64,000 nucleotides of DNA from Azolla caroliniana (lineage: Eukaryota; Plantae; Polypodiophyta): positions 20,584,001 to 20,648,000 of the forward strand of contig JBHGNT010000009.1 of NCBI GenBank assembly GCA_043228905.1, read 5' to 3'. The notes under the pieces are model-generated. The model ran no database searches. It saw only the letters and a list, made by a program, of their open reading frames with translations, and was not told where the DNA came from. Numbering within the stretch: position 1 is the stretch's first letter; each line of letters starts with the position of its first letter. The position numbers were made by a program, and so were the translations under genes. Below, piece by piece: positions 25,347-38,236 of this stretch.

Positions 25347-25811
25347 TGTTACGGGCATGACCATATAATATCCCGTGGTGAGAATTGTCGTAGTATTCTA
25401 TACACGTGGATAAGTGTGAGGGTTAAACAAAGAGTCTAAAGAAGGGGAGGATTACTTTTAATCCTCGGGATTGAGACAACCCATGAGGCCAAGTGTGAAC
25501 ATGGCTGGGGGCCTTGAGAATTACTATAAATAAGAGGCCTAGCTACCCTCATTTCATCATGCATTGACTACGTCGAGACTCTGTTCGTGAGTGGAACGAC
25601 TCTTGTAGCAAGCGCGCTATCATCCAGGTACGACTCGACGCCAAGGCGGTGGTATGGGACGCCGATCGAGGCTCGAGTCCGTCTCGATCCCTTCGCTCGG
25701 GGGTGGTCGGGTGGATCGGCACCCTTCTTTCTCTCTTTTCTCTCTATTCTTTCTAGATCTATCATTGATATATCCTTATTTTATGCTTACTTTAGTACCT
25801 AATCTCTAATA
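25347..25811 (+). repeat. 5' LTR of element C (TG...TA)
   Basis: Direct repeat of 31933-32397. Contains TATAAATA near 25525. Confidence 0.95.
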
Positions 25812-26062
25812 TTTGGTATCAGAGCATATGTACTAACGTTTCTTTTGGTTTTCTTTTTGTCTTCGCGTGGGATGGCGATTGATCGTTGTGCGGTCGCCTT
25901 CATGCAGACAAGGATTAGCGAAAGAACTTCGGTAAATTTTCCTTAATTTTTTATCTAATTTTTCTTCTCCCTTCTATACATGTGTATACTTAATATGTAG
26001 TTTTTTTTTCATATATTCAATGATGTTGACGTGGTATTTAATTGGTTATCTTAAACGTTTAC

Positions 26063-26336
26063 ATATGTCCACGAGGTCAATACCTCGTTTGACATATAAA
26101 TCATATGTGATGAGTGTCGTATGCGTACGAGGTTACTACCTCAATTGCGTATTACGTTCACGAACATATGTTACGTTCGCGTACGAGGTCAATACCTCGA
26201 TTCGTTCGAAATGATATGCGTTGGATTTACTATGCGTAAGAGGTCAATACCTCAATTGTGAATTACGCTTAACCTTATTTTCGGATGTTTCGTGTGCGTA
26301 GAGGTATATGCCTCGATTACGTATCCCGAATACATC
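26063..26336 (+). other. Five tandem imperfect hairpins (~56-nt period) in the 5' leader of element C
   Basis: GAGGT-N4-(A/G)CCTC at 26073, 26129, 26185, 26240 and 26301. Each sits on a longer self-complementary stem of different sequence. Confidence 0.75.
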
Positions 26337-27422
26337 ATTGTTGGCTATATAAAAAAAACGATTCATTTAGTATACGCATATGTGGTCACTTATATACGTC
26401 TCTGATCGTATATATGTGAGAAATGGACATATGTGTATATTTTAGATTACGTGATTCATATCAAATGTTTTCCTACTTGGGGAGAGGATTTTGGTGGCCG
26501 TCCTCACATTTTTGTGAGAATGGCGTTGTCACCATCCCTTTTATCAACAATTTTTATTGTTGAAATTCCCGTTGGTCACTTTGATATTTCGTTACGTAAC
26601 GAACCTCGTATAGCCAAAATGATGTTGAATACGTCGGGCTTGATCCACATCAAGTAGGGTCGCTCTAATGACACACGTATCCAACATCTCCCCTCGTTAC
26701 ATGGATACGATGCCACCATGAGCTCGTTCTTACGAGTGGCATTCGTAATGACGTGACCATGTGATGGGCCACATGAGCCTACGAAGACACAAGGGCTCAT
26801 TCGGCTTGACCATTAGCTTACACTTTGGCATATGCCATCGTAATTACGAGGCTTGAGGTTAGGTAGCGTACAACCATAGTGGGTAATAAATGAGGGAGAA
26901 ATAAGGCCACTTGACCTATATGTTTCTTTTAAAGAAAAAACATATAGGGGCAAATGCCTCGCATATCTCGAATACGCCTCAAACATTAAACATTCAAGAC
27001 GCGCAATCTACTTGGTTGGCTCAAGTGTTTAATGTATTTGTCCTCGAGGTCTCGAGTTCAAATATGACCAACACCATACAACATCGTTGATACATATGAT
27101 TATAATACATGTTTAGACTTTAGGTCTAAGTGCACTTCGGGGTCCTCGTAATAGGACTTAAAGAGCCGAAACCACATACGTGGGCACAGAAACATAGTTT
27201 ATTGTTAACATTTTTTTCGTGTATAAACTATTCATGACGCGAACATACATGGTTGAGCCTCGGGGAGCCGCCATGAAAAAAATCGATATAGAGATCAGGG
27301 AAAGGCATTCATTTGTCACCCCCATGGTTTTTAAAACACCTCTGTGTTACCATAGTAACCTGATCTTGAACCTCATCTCATACGTCTAGAGGGGTATTGA
27401 CGTGAGATCATGATATCGATTA

Positions 27423-30400
27423 ATGTTTGCCCATGATATGTTTACACCACGACAAGATGTTATGACTATTTGTCTGACCTTATCTTATTTCTTTGCCAGA
27501 AATAATCATTCAATGGCTCAGAATAACGACCCGATGCCCTCCGCTCAAGCGGAAAGAACTCAAGGAAATCCTCCTGGGACAATGTCCATTGAGGCGTATA
27601 TTTTACAAGTACAACATTTCCTAAGTTCAACCGCGCAGCAGTTGACCGAATTTCGGCAATCTCAAAGTGCTCTCGAGGCACGAGTCATTAGTCTCCAAAA
27701 TGAGATTAATAGACCTGATGAGCGTCAGGGTGAACCATCATTTGTCGTAAAGCCATTTACGGGAGATAAAAAGGAAAGAACCGAAGAAGCAATCTGCACG
27801 TGGCTGGGCCGATGGGAGTCTCATTTTGAGCTCTATCCCACGCCAGATAGTACGAAGATTGCATATGTCGGCCGAGAACTAGGGGGTAAGGCCGCCGCTT
27901 GGTGGCGTGGGCTCCGAACTTTGGGGAGATTGCCCGAGACCTGGACAGACTTTGTCACAGTTTTCAAGGGTCAATTTCTACAACCTCCCTCTCGAACCGA
28001 GGCAGCACAAGCTTTAATGAACCTCTCTAGCAGGAAGTTTTCCTCGCTAGAAGATTATGTCCACCATGCTAGAACCCAAATCCAAAAATCGGGTCTAGAA
28101 GGGGACAATTGGTTAATAGCTTGTTTTGTCAATGGCATCCCCAATTCGGACTATCACTGGATAGTGCACGATAAGGATCCAAAATCCTTCGAAGAGGCCG
28201 TTGAGATAGTTCTTCGCTATCAACGCACTTCGAAGAAGGACCATAACAAACCCAACGAAGCGCCCGGGACTAAGCAGTCGCAATTCGTTGGGAAACGCAA
28301 GACACCCAACGAATTCATGGATCGCGATTATAAGCGACAACATCCTTTTTGCGTATTCTGCAAAAAGAAGGGTCATACAAAAGAGCAATGTCGTAAGCTC
28401 CAACGAAAAGAGCACGACGCCAAACCTAAAGCTACAGACCATAAAGGTCAGATTCCTAATGTCCTTCAGGTCTATACACATCATTTGAGTAATTGTCAAT
28501 GTTCTTTCCCTCATTATGTATTGGGTCCCAATGATTTACTACGTGCAAACGGGTATATCAATGGATCTCCCGTACAATTTTTATTTGATTCGGGAAGCTC
28601 ACACAATTTTGTGAATGATCGTTTGGTACAGATATGGGGAATCCAACCCACCGTAAGTGATCACACCTACACGGTGCACTTGGCTGATGGAAGAGTACAA
28701 CACATCAACGGGGCGATTCATTCTTTAGGAATTTCTATTGATACCTATATAGAGGAAGTAGACTTCCATGTAATGAATCTTAGTACCACCGATGTAATAC
28801 TGGGTTATCCCTGGTTTTATAATAAAAGCTCTTCTTTATTTATTGATTGGGTTCGCCATTCCATTTCTTTTGTACTCAACGATTGTACGCATTTTATTCA
28901 ATGTGTAAAAAAACAATCCCTCTCGATTGTTTCCTCGTGTCCATCAATATCCGAGTTGTCTTGTTCTATGTTATTTTATTGTGTACTTGATCCGGACATT
29001 CACGTTTACAATATCGATAATGTCTCGGGTCAATTAACATATTTTGAACAAAAACAACTTGATGAAATCGTAAACGATTTTCGTGATGTTTTTCCGAGTG
29101 AACTACCCGATGGTTTACCTCCTAAACGTAATATAGACCATCGTATAGATATTGTACCTGGCGTTGCACCCATTAGTATACCTCCGTATCGCCTAAGTCG
29201 ATCTGAAGAGGATGAGGTAGCTAAGCAACTTAAGGACTATTTACGAATGGGTTATATACGTTATAGTAAATCTCCATGGGGTGCACCAGTTCTCTTGGTT
29301 AAAAAGAAAGAGGGCACATGGCGTATGTGTATTAATTACCGACGCTTGAATAAAGTGACAATCAAGAATTCGTACCCATTGCCCCGGGCTGACGATCTAA
29401 TTGACCGTCTCCAGGGAGCTCGGTATTTTACGAAACTTGATCTCCGTACTGGCTACCATCAAATACGAATAAGTGAGGACGATGTTCCTAAAACAGCATT
29501 TCGTACGCGCTACGGCCATTATGAGTTTTTGGTTATGCCTTTTGGTTTGACCAATGCTCCGGCTACATTTCAACAAGAAATGAATGACATTTTCCAAGAA
29601 CAACTTGGAAAATTTGTCGTTATCTTCTTAGATGATATTTTAGTTTATAACCGTACATTACAAGAACATGCTAGACATGTCCGCTTTGTTTTACAAATAT
29701 TGCGTGACAAACAATTTTACGCGAAGATCTCAAAATGTGAGTTCTTCAAGAAATCAATTACTTATCTTGGACATCTCATAACCGAACGAGGAGTTGAAAT
29801 TGATCCTTCTCGCATCGAGAAAATCAAGCTTTGGCCCACTCTTCGGAATATTCGAGAAGTTCGATCATTCCTTGGTTTTGTCGGATTTTTGCGAAAATCT
29901 CTTCGTAATTACTCACAATTGACGACGCCGTTTACTGATCTTCTAAAAGGTCAAACGCGTAAGTCTACAAAACCTATTGTGTGGAATGCTACACTAGACC
30001 TCGCCTTTAAGGAACTCAAGGACTTGGTATGCAAGGCTCCTTCACTTCTTTTACCCGATCCTTCAAAACCTTTTGAGGTTGAAACCGACGCAAGCGATTA
30101 TGCTATAGGTGTTGTCTTGTATCAAGATGGTAAACCAATAGCATTCGAGAGTAAGAAACTTGATTCTGCTCAATGTCGGTATACCGTTCAAGAAAAGGAA
30201 TTATTTGCGGTTATACATGCGCTCAAAACATGGCGCCATTATCTTTATGGAAATCGCTTTGTGGTAACTACGGACCACGAGTCCTTGAAATATTTTTGTG
30301 ACCAACAAGACCTGAAAGGTCGTAAGGCACGATGGGCTGATCTCATCCAGGACTTTGATTTTTCCATACGATATCGTAAAGGTTCCATGAATACTGTCGC

Positions 30401-31946
30401 TGATGCACTAAGTCGCATCCGTGAAGTTAACATGCTTAGCTTCACTGAAATAACATCAGATCTTTATGATCACCTTCGAGGAAAGTATCCTGATGACAAT
30501 TATTTTGCAAAATACTGGGCAAGAGTCGAGTCTGGAACAGACACCACCACACCCTCGAAGGAATACTTCCACATTGCTAACGGTCTGCTCTACCGTAATG
30601 GGAAGGTTTGTGTTCCAGATTTGCCTGAGGTCAAAAAGAGAATTCTTTTTGAATGCCATGATGCACCCTCAGCAGGGCACCCTGGAATACATCGTACACT
30701 CGTTCTCATCTCCACTCAATTTTATTGGCCTAAGATGCGTCCTGACATACATAGCTATGTGACTAAATGTCACCAATGTCAGGTTAACAAAGCCGAGCGA
30801 CTTAAAGCCGCAGGACTTTTACATCCCTTGGACATTCCCAATAATAAGTGGGAAAGTATATCCATGGATTTTATTGTTAGCCTTCCTCGCACCCAAAAAG
30901 GTCATGATGCCATATGGGTTGTGGTTGACAGACTAACTAAAATGGCCAGATTTATTGCTACTAAAACCACGGTAACAGCTCCTGAATTGGCTTACCAATT
31001 CGTTGATGAGTTATTTCGTTTTTACGGGTTACCGATGGATATCGTGAGTGACCGAGATCCAAAGTTTACTAGTGACTTCTGGACGCAAGTCTTTAAGAAG
31101 TTAGAAACTACGTTGAGCATGAGCTCCACGGATCATCCTCAATCCGATGGACAGACAGAACGAGTAAATCAAATTATTGAGGACATGCTTCGAGCATACG
31201 TTGGTGCAAAACCAACAAAATGGGAACGTTACCTCCCAATTTTGGAGTTTGCTTATAACAGCTCCAAGCATACGTCGACGGGATATAGTCCTTTTATGTT
31301 GATGTATGGATTTCAGCCACGAGCCCCGATTGATGTTAATATACATCATGATGAGTTGCGAAGTACGCAAAACTTTCTTCGGGATATGCAAGATATGTTG
31401 CATATTGCACGGGATAATATAAAAACAGCTCAGGATAGAGCGCGTTTTTATGCCGATCATCATAGGCAACCTCGTGTATTCAGCCCTGGACAGAAGGTAT
31501 TTTTACGTGTACCTCACAATTCTAAGACATTGTCTACGGGTAAGTGCGCTAAGTTAGCCCCACGGTTTTGTGGACCTTTTACAGTCCTCAAACGCATTGG
31601 ATCATTAGCCTATCGTCTCGCTCTTCCCGATGGTGTTGGAATCCATCCAGTCTTTCATGTAAGTCGTCTAAAAGAACTTCTAGGTTCTGGCGACAATACA
31701 GTTACAACTGAAACTCTGGTTACTTCTGAAGATTTATCTTCTAAACCACATGTACCAGAAAGAATTCTCGATGTTAAAACAAAAAAATTACGTACTAAGG
31801 AAATCCGAGAATTTAAAATAAAATGGATGGATAAATCAATCAAAGATGCCACATGGGAACGCGAAACGACTCTAACAACTAACTTTCCTAACTTTCCATT
31901 GCAAGAGTGCAATGTTTTAAAGAGGGGGAGTATGTTACGGGCATGA
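27423..31946 (+). CDS. Uninterrupted gag-PR-RT-RH-INT-chromodomain polyprotein (up to 1507 aa; true start may be MAQNN)
   Basis: [52 protein letters not shown]...CHQC, SMDFI / SDRD / QTER, FCGPF. Chromodomain PERILD...FKIKW...DATWE (group II-like). The stop lies inside the 3' LTR. Confidence 0.97.
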   Translation: MFAHDMFTPRQDVMTICLTLSYFFARNNHSMAQNNDPMPSAQAERTQGNPPGTMSIEAYILQVQHFLSSTAQQLTEFRQSQSALEARVISLQNEINRPDERQGEPSFVVKPFTGDKKERTEEAICTWLGRWESHFELYPTPDSTKIAYVGRELGGKAAAWWRGLRTLGRLPETWTDFVTVFKGQFLQPPSRTEAAQALMNLSSRKFSSLEDYVHHARTQIQKSGLEGDNWLIACFVNGIPNSDYHWIVHDKDPKSFEEAVEIVLRYQRTSKKDHNKPNEAPGTKQSQFVGKRKTPNEFMDRDYKRQHPFCVFCKKKGHTKEQCRKLQRKEHDAKPKATDHKGQIPNVLQVYTHHLSNCQCSFPHYVLGPNDLLRANGYINGSPVQFLFDSGSSHNFVNDRLVQIWGIQPTVSDHTYTVHLADGRVQHINGAIHSLGISIDTYIEEVDFHVMNLSTTDVILGYPWFYNKSSSLFIDWVRHSISFVLNDCTHFIQCVKKQSLSIVSSCPSISELSCSMLFYCVLDPDIHVYNIDNVSGQLTYFEQKQLDEIVNDFRDVFPSELPDGLPPKRNIDHRIDIVPGVAPISIPPYRLSRSEEDEVAKQLKDYLRMGYIRYSKSPWGAPVLLVKKKEGTWRMCINYRRLNKVTIKNSYPLPRADDLIDRLQGARYFTKLDLRTGYHQIRISEDDVPKTAFRTRYGHYEFLVMPFGLTNAPATFQQEMNDIFQEQLGKFVVIFLDDILVYNRTLQEHARHVRFVLQILRDKQFYAKISKCEFFKKSITYLGHLITERGVEIDPSRIEKIKLWPTLRNIREVRSFLGFVGFLRKSLRNYSQLTTPFTDLLKGQTRKSTKPIVWNATLDLAFKELKDLVCKAPSLLLPDPSKPFEVETDASDYAIGVVLYQDGKPIAFESKKLDSAQCRYTVQEKELFAVIHALKTWRHYLYGNRFVVTTDHESLKYFCDQQDLKGRKARWADLIQDFDFSIRYRKGSMNTVADALSRIREVNMLSFTEITSDLYDHLRGKYPDDNYFAKYWARVESGTDTTTPSKEYFHIANGLLYRNGKVCVPDLPEVKKRILFECHDAPSAGHPGIHRTLVLISTQFYWPKMRPDIHSYVTKCHQCQVNKAERLKAAGLLHPLDIPNNKWESISMDFIVSLPRTQKGHDAIWVVVDRLTKMARFIATKTTVTAPELAYQFVDELFRFYGLPMDIVSDRDPKFTSDFWTQVFKKLETTLSMSSTDHPQSDGQTERVNQIIEDMLRAYVGAKPTKWERYLPILEFAYNSSKHTSTGYSPFMLMYGFQPRAPIDVNIHHDELRSTQNFLRDMQDMLHIARDNIKTAQDRARFYADHHRQPRVFSPGQKVFLRVPHNSKTLSTGKCAKLAPRFCGPFTVLKRIGSLAYRLALPDGVGIHPVFHVSRLKELLGSGDNTVTTETLVTSEDLSSKPHVPERILDVKTKKLRTKEIREFKIKWMDKSIKDATWERETTLTTNFPNFPLQECNVLKRGSMLRA

Positions 31947-32397
31947 CCATATAATATCCTGTGGTGAGAATTGTCGTAGTATTCTATACACGTGGATAAG
32001 TGTGAGGGTTAAACAAAGAGTCTAAAGAAGGGGAGGATTACTTTTAATCCTCGGGATTGAGACAACCCATGAGGCCAAGTGTGAACATGGCTGGGGGCCT
32101 TGAGAATTACTATAAATAAGAGGCCTAGCTACCCTCATTTCATCATGCATTGACTACGTCGAGACTCTGTCCGTGAGTGGAACGACTCTTGTAGCAAGCG
32201 CGCTATCATCCAGGTACGACTCGACGCCAAGGCGGTGGTATGGGACGCCGATCGAGGCTCGAGTCCGTCTCGATCCCTTCGCTCGGGGGTGGTCGGGTGG
32301 ATCGGCACCCTTCTTTCTCTCTTTTCTCTCTATTCTTTCTAGATCTATCATTGATATATCCTTATTTTATGCTTACTTTAGTACCTAATCTCTAATA
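31933..32397 (+). repeat. 3' LTR of element C (TG...TA)
   Basis: Follows the PPT and is followed by the TSD. Confidence 0.95.
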
Positions 32398-33821
32398 CAC
32401 ACCCTATTGGAAAACACAAAAACCTCTGTACCCCCTTTCGGTTTCCTCTAGCTAATACGCGCTTGGCAAACCGCCTAGGACATCGGGGTTCGTACTCACA
32501 TATTCAGCATCAAATATGCCACATTCAACTAGCCCATTGACCTCGAGGCTGACGACATACCGGAATTAACCCTATACCTCGACGTCTCTCACGAGTATCA
32601 ACTCATGACGTTCGATGAGGCTCGTGCTCGTGCCCTCCTACCCCCACACCCCCCTTCTCCCCTCCTCCCGGAGATCGACCTGGAGTGGGACCATGACTCA
32701 CCTGATGAACCCGACACCTAGCGTCCAATTCAACATTGCGGCCTTCTGCGCTAATTTGGTCGACCGCTACCAACTCACCCACGGCCTCCAAACCGCCCTT
32801 GATTGCATCGAAAGTGGTACCAGTTGGGACACTCGTCTTGACAATCAATCTGCCGCCCCCATTCCCTGGGAGTTTGACTTTTGCGAGACCCCCCTACTCC
32901 TCACCCGCCTCTACACCTAGTACCCCGAAGTTGCCTCCGAACCCCAAGTCGACATCTTCCTTTACCCCCATGTTTACCGCGATAAGATGTCTACTTGGGT
33001 AGCCGCAAACCCCAGCCCCACTCGAGGGTGACACCACCCTGTCGCCGACCCCCTCCTCGAATCTCCCTTGGTTCGCACACACATCCTTCCGCGAATGGCT
33101 CGCCCTCCACCCCCGCGAGCTGCGCACCAGCCTCACCTTTTTTCCCCTCCCTCGTCGTTGGCCATGGCACGATTTTCGCGCCGCCCAGGCACGCCTACCC
33201 ACTCTTCAATTCAACTGGCTGTTGTTCCCCCAACCCCCGCTCACATCCCCGACCGAACCCGGCATGATCCGGGTCATGCGAAGATTCCTACGTACATACC
33301 TCGACGTCCTGGACCCCGACATTCAAGCCAGCCTTCGCTTTCTACAACTTCTACTCATTCTCCTTGACTCTGGCCCGTACGAAGCCCCCCCCTTCCAATA
33401 GCACAACCACCCAACGTGGGGCCTCGCCTTCGATTTGAACAAAGGTCCAACTCGCCGCCAACTGGTCAACCTTTGGACCCGTGTCAACATACTCCCTGCC
33501 ACCTACAAACGGGATTTTGAAACCATGATTGACACGTGTCTTTTCCCCGCTTACATAAGCTTTAATCGAAACCCCCCTTCTCCCTTCGCCAGCCACAACA
33601 CCTGCACCTATCTCACCGGCCCCAAGAAAGATTTATTCACAACAACCGACCAACTGCAGGAAATCCGGCTACCACCACTGAACATCCGTCGTCTTCGCCA
33701 TCATCTGCACCGCCACCCGCCCCCCCGACGAACCCCCCTACTCAATTCTACTCGCCCCTGACGCCCGAAGCTCCCCTCCCACAATGCACCCAGGAGTGTG
33801 CACTCATTAGGTTGGGGGGGA

Positions 33822-34346
33822 TGTTAAGCGCTGGAATAACAACACAACCAGTAATGAATAAGAACGCATCAACAAGGACATAGTACGGAGAGGAAACGAC
33901 AAGAGGAAAGGAAAGCAAAGAGACGGTCAAGTGTGAAAGGCCCATACCCTAAACGTGAAAGTTATATAAACCACATAGTAGTGGCTTTGTAGGGGTTCTC
34001 CCATTTGTAAAGATCTCCTATTGATGAGAGCTAGAGCGTCCTCTCCTCCTTCTTGTAACCTTTGAGCTTAAGAGAGATTAGTGAAGTGTTTAGTTAGAGA
34101 ACACTAATCTCTCTCCTTGTTGGTGCTAGACCTCTTAGCAAAGAGGGTTAATAATAGACGTGCTCTTCCTTCTTATTGTCTATATCTATTAATCTATTGT
34201 CTATGAGAGAGAGCTTGAGAGAGTGAGAGAGATATCGTGCTCAATCATTTACTAATTGTTGAGTGAGTGTGAGGCTCGGAGGTATCCGACAACCATCTCT
34301 GGCAGATTCGCCATCAAGAGGGTATACGCCGATCCGAATCTCACCA
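33822..34346 (+). repeat. Probable 3' LTR of the extra-ORF element; right end uncertain (34291 or ~34346)
   Basis: TGTTAAG directly follows the G-run AGGTTGGGGGGGA. TATATAAA near 33963. Abuts a truncated Copia RT. No partner LTR in the window. Confidence 0.6.
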
Positions 34347-34347
34347 C

Positions 34348-37300
34348 GATATCAAGGAGCTTACTCCATCGATACATAGATCATCCACATATAGGATGAT
34401 GACAATCGAGCTTCTAGAGTCGTTTCATACATAGAGGGAGTTTTTGGATTTCGACATTCAAAAGACGATTTGATGAAGATATTGCGTAATCTTCGAATGT
34501 CAAGAACGTGGTGCTTGCTTGAGGCCGTAGAGAGGCTTCTTGAATTGGCATACGGCTTTCGGATGAATGTTGGATTCGAAGCCGGGTGGTTGTACCATGC
34601 CTCCTCTTCTAATTCACCTTGAAGAAAGGCGTTCTTGACGTCCATTTGGTGGAGGTGCCATCCTTTCGTTGCAGCGAGTGCGATCACAGTCCGCACAGTC
34701 GTCATCTTTGCCACCGGGGCAAATGTCTCTTCGTAGTTGACTCCATGCGTCTGTGCATCCTTTTGCTATGAGTCGAGCTTTGTAGTGGTTTATGGAGCCG
34801 TCGGCGTTATACTTCACCTTGTAGTTCCATCTACATCCAATTGCCTTTTTGTGCGGTGAGTGGGGGACAAGATCCCATGTCTTGTTTTTGGAGAGTGCTT
34901 GCATCTCCTCATTCATCGCTTCATCCCATCTGGGTCCTTCGCGGCTTCGGAAAACATTTTTGGCTCCCGTACTATCACTACCTTCATCATAAAGGCGTAA
35001 TGGTACGCCATATAAGCTTTGTACCCGAATCGGCTTACAGGGTTCTTTTCACAGGTGGATTGGCGGAGCTTCTCGTTTGCGGATACTAAGGATTTCTTCG
35101 CTCCATTTGTCTGGATGTCAAAGCCTTCAAACTCACTATCGAGGGAGTGAGTCAATTCGTTGTCGTTGAAGTGATCATCTTCATACTCTGGCATTTTCGC
35201 CTTCCCTTTGTCCAACTTCGGACATGACCGAGATGTGCTCTGTTTGCTTGGAGGCTCTTGTGGCCCACTAAGCCTTGTCGTAATCGGGATTTCTTCAAAC
35301 ATGCGCATGAGCCGATCTCCAACTTCTATCTCTATTTCGGCAAATTCCGGGTCGAGCGGAATTGGAGTCAAAGTTGTCTCTGTGCGTACCAAGATGTAGA
35401 CTCGTCAAAAACGATGTCTCAACTTACTCGAGATTTTCAAGTTGAGGGGTTATAGCACTTGTACCCCTTTTGCTCCAGTGAGTTACCTACGAGGATACAT
35501 TTCTCTGACTTCGGGTCGAGATTTTGTCCCTTTTCGTCGGGGATGTGCACGTACGCAATGGAGCCGAATATCCGAACAAGTGATAGGTCCAGCTTGTTTC
35601 TGAAAAACTTCTTGTGCGGAGTAAGTTCGTGCACACCTGATGTCGTACACTGATTCATGAGGAATACGGCCGTGTTAGCCATTTCTGCCCAGTACGACTT
35701 CAGCAGGTACTTTTCGTTCATCATGGCCCGTGCTACTTCGAGGATGTGCTGATTCTTTTGTTTAGTGACTTCGTTTTGTTGTGGCGTATGTCGACACAAA
35801 AACTCTCGTTGAATTCCTTCTTTTTGTAGAAAAGCCGAATATTCGTCAGAGAAGTACTCCTTGCCTCCATCCGACCGAAGATATCGTACATGTCAGCATG
35901 TGGCTTTCTAACTTCACTCTTAAATTTTTGGAAGTGTCCGAACACTTCGCTCTTTTGCTGCATGGGGTAGATCCAGGTGTGCCTAGAGAAGTAGTCGATG
36001 AAGGCCACGTAGTATCGGCATCCGCCGAATGTAGCCGTTTGAGCTGGACCCCATACATCGAAATGAATTACGTCGAGTACACCTTTGCTCACGTTCCTCT
36101 CCTTCGAAAATGGGTGCCGATGGTTCTTGCCGAATTGGCAAGCGGCACACATGCCTTCAATCTCTTTATCCTTGAATGTCGGGAGCCCGATGATGACTCC
36201 TTTCGATTGCATTGCCTTGAGCTTTGGGAGGTTGATATGGTCAATCCGCTTGTGCCATAATTCTATGTTAGAATTAGCTTTCGTGCCCTTTGCGAACATG
36301 GCGGATTTCACCTCGTGCGAGTCGAGGATGAACATTTGGCCCTCTCTTCGTCCGCGAGTGATGAGTCATCCCTCTTTTTCAATGAGGCAAACGCCTTGAT
36401 TAAATCGTACTTGCATCCCTTGCTCAACAATTTGGCCGACAGAGACCAAATTCTTCGTAATGGTTGGTATATGCAAGACATTTTTAATAAAAGTTTGGTT
36501 ACCTTCTTTACCGAATGGGACATTGCCGATGTGTCGAATCGGGTAGCCAGGTCGTTCCGGCTCTCGAAGTTCTCGGAACCATTCTTGATGAGACGTCATA
36601 TGGTTCAAGGCACCAGAGTCGACGAACCATACGTCTTCCAGACCGGAGGCACTAGTTGAAGTAGAAGCCGACATAGAATTTACTCTATGTCTTATCACGA
36701 ACATTCCGCCACGATCGTCATAGTCAGAGTTGGTGGCGTAATTGGTGAGTTGTCGGCTAGTGGAAGCCGACTCACACATCTTCTTACGACACTCTTCTTT
36801 GTGGTGACCGATTTTTCCGCAATATCCGCATTCGACCGAGTTTTGTCGGCTCGAACCGGAATGGAAACTCCTCCTTCTTCTGAAGGTTCCTCGATGGCTT
36901 CCGTCTTGATGCCGAAATTGAGAGTTGTTTTCGTAAGTTGGGCCTCGTCCACCTCGTCCTTGGCCGAATCGACCTCTTCTTGCACGGTCGCGTCCTCTTC
37001 CTCCGTCTGAGTGTGAGTAAAGCATGTGGCCTCCGAGGCATTGCTCCTTGTTCGAACATGGTTTTCTTTGACCAACAACATGGATTGAAGATTGAAGAAG
37101 GAGGGCGGATTCTCCTGTGCTAATACAACGGTCCTTATCGCGCCGAACCGTGGTGCAAGGTCGTCGAGGCATATTTGCACCATCTCATCATCATCCACAT
37201 TGAGGCTTATCGAGTCGTGTGAGTCACAAAGCTCCTTGATCTTCAAGGTGTGGCTCTTGATGGACATATCCCTTTGTTGGATGTTGTTCAACTCTTGGCG

Positions 37301-38236
37301 GAGTTGAAGCTTTCTCGCGGTTCTGTTGGCGGCAAAAATCTTTCGTAAATTCTCCCACACTTCCTTTGGTGTCTCGGCTTCTCGAATGTAGCCGAGCATG
37401 TGGTCATGAACACATGTCTCCAAGGAATACATCACTCGGCTTGCCGCTTACACCCATGTTGCGTAGTCGGCGTTTTTTGGGTCGGGTCGGTTTTCTTGTG
37501 CTCCTTTGATGTAACCCCAATAGCCTTGGCCGACAAGGTATTGGTGCATCTTGTACTCCCAAGATGCAAAGGTATTTCGATCTAGCTTCTCGCTAGGTAG
37601 AGCGCTCCCCATTTGAGTATTCATTATGTTGATGAAGCTTTCTTTCTTCTTTTTTCCTCCTCTTTCGAACACGAGTTATGTAGTCGCACTACAATAGAGA
37701 TGGAGTGGTTCTTCTCGAACGTCGACGTAGAACACAACACACATGGATGGGCGTAGATCGAGCTACCAAACTGCTCTAATACCATGTAAAGAATCGAGTA
37801 TGATTCTTGTGTAACGGAAGAGATGTGTGTTATGTGTATGTGTGAGATGAATTAGAGGAGAGAAGAGAGAACACAAGATAGATAGATAAAGGAATACTCA
37901 AGAAGAAGATGTATATTCACAAGTAAAGTAATAGATACAAAAATTTAGCATTACAAGGAGTCACAACCTACTTAATATGAAGTATGAGGATGGTGTTTTA
38001 TATATAGTCACCCTCTCTCTTCATTAACTAACTACAACAACCACTCTCTCTTGGGGAATGTGAAGATTGGTAGTCATGGGGAATATGTAACTCATTAGTT
38101 ATGTGTCATAGAATATGATTCTATGACACATAGTTAATGTGTAGAGCGTAGTGGTGTGACTCTTGACCTTTGAGTAATTATAGATTCTCAAAAGGTGTGT
38201 TCACACGTTGCACTATGTTGAGCTTGTTTCTCTACA
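34348..38236 (-). mobile_element. Old degenerate Ty1/Copia (element D), truncated within RT
   Basis: LTR 37785-38236 (TGTAGAGAA...TTCTTTACA on minus). PBS TGGTATTAGAGC at 37773-37784. gag MGSALPSEKLDR, CGYCGKIGHHKEEC, WFVDSGA, LWHKRI, HFDVWGP, HQMDVKNAFL and YVDD. Many frameshifts. Confidence 0.9.

Larger units (their letters stand above)
25347..32397 (+). mobile_element. Full-length, very young chromovirus Ty3/Gypsy (element C)
   Basis: 465-bp LTRs (25347-25811, 31933-32397) differ at two positions I could see. Perfect TSD CACAC (25342-25346 and 32398-32402). PBS TGGTATCAGAGC at 25814-25825. PPT AAAGAGGGGGAG ends at 31930. Confidence 0.98.
23200..33761 (+). pseudogene. Decayed large extra ORF upstream of a PPT/LTR, split by element C (parts ~23200-25346 and 32403-33761)
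   Basis: A 606-codon open stretch (23436-25256) has a Pro-rich linker and a coiled coil. The frame continues across the CACAC TSD (HIDDALTH-TLLENTK) with TAG stops and frameshifts. It ends ~50 bp before the PPT. Confidence 0.6.
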
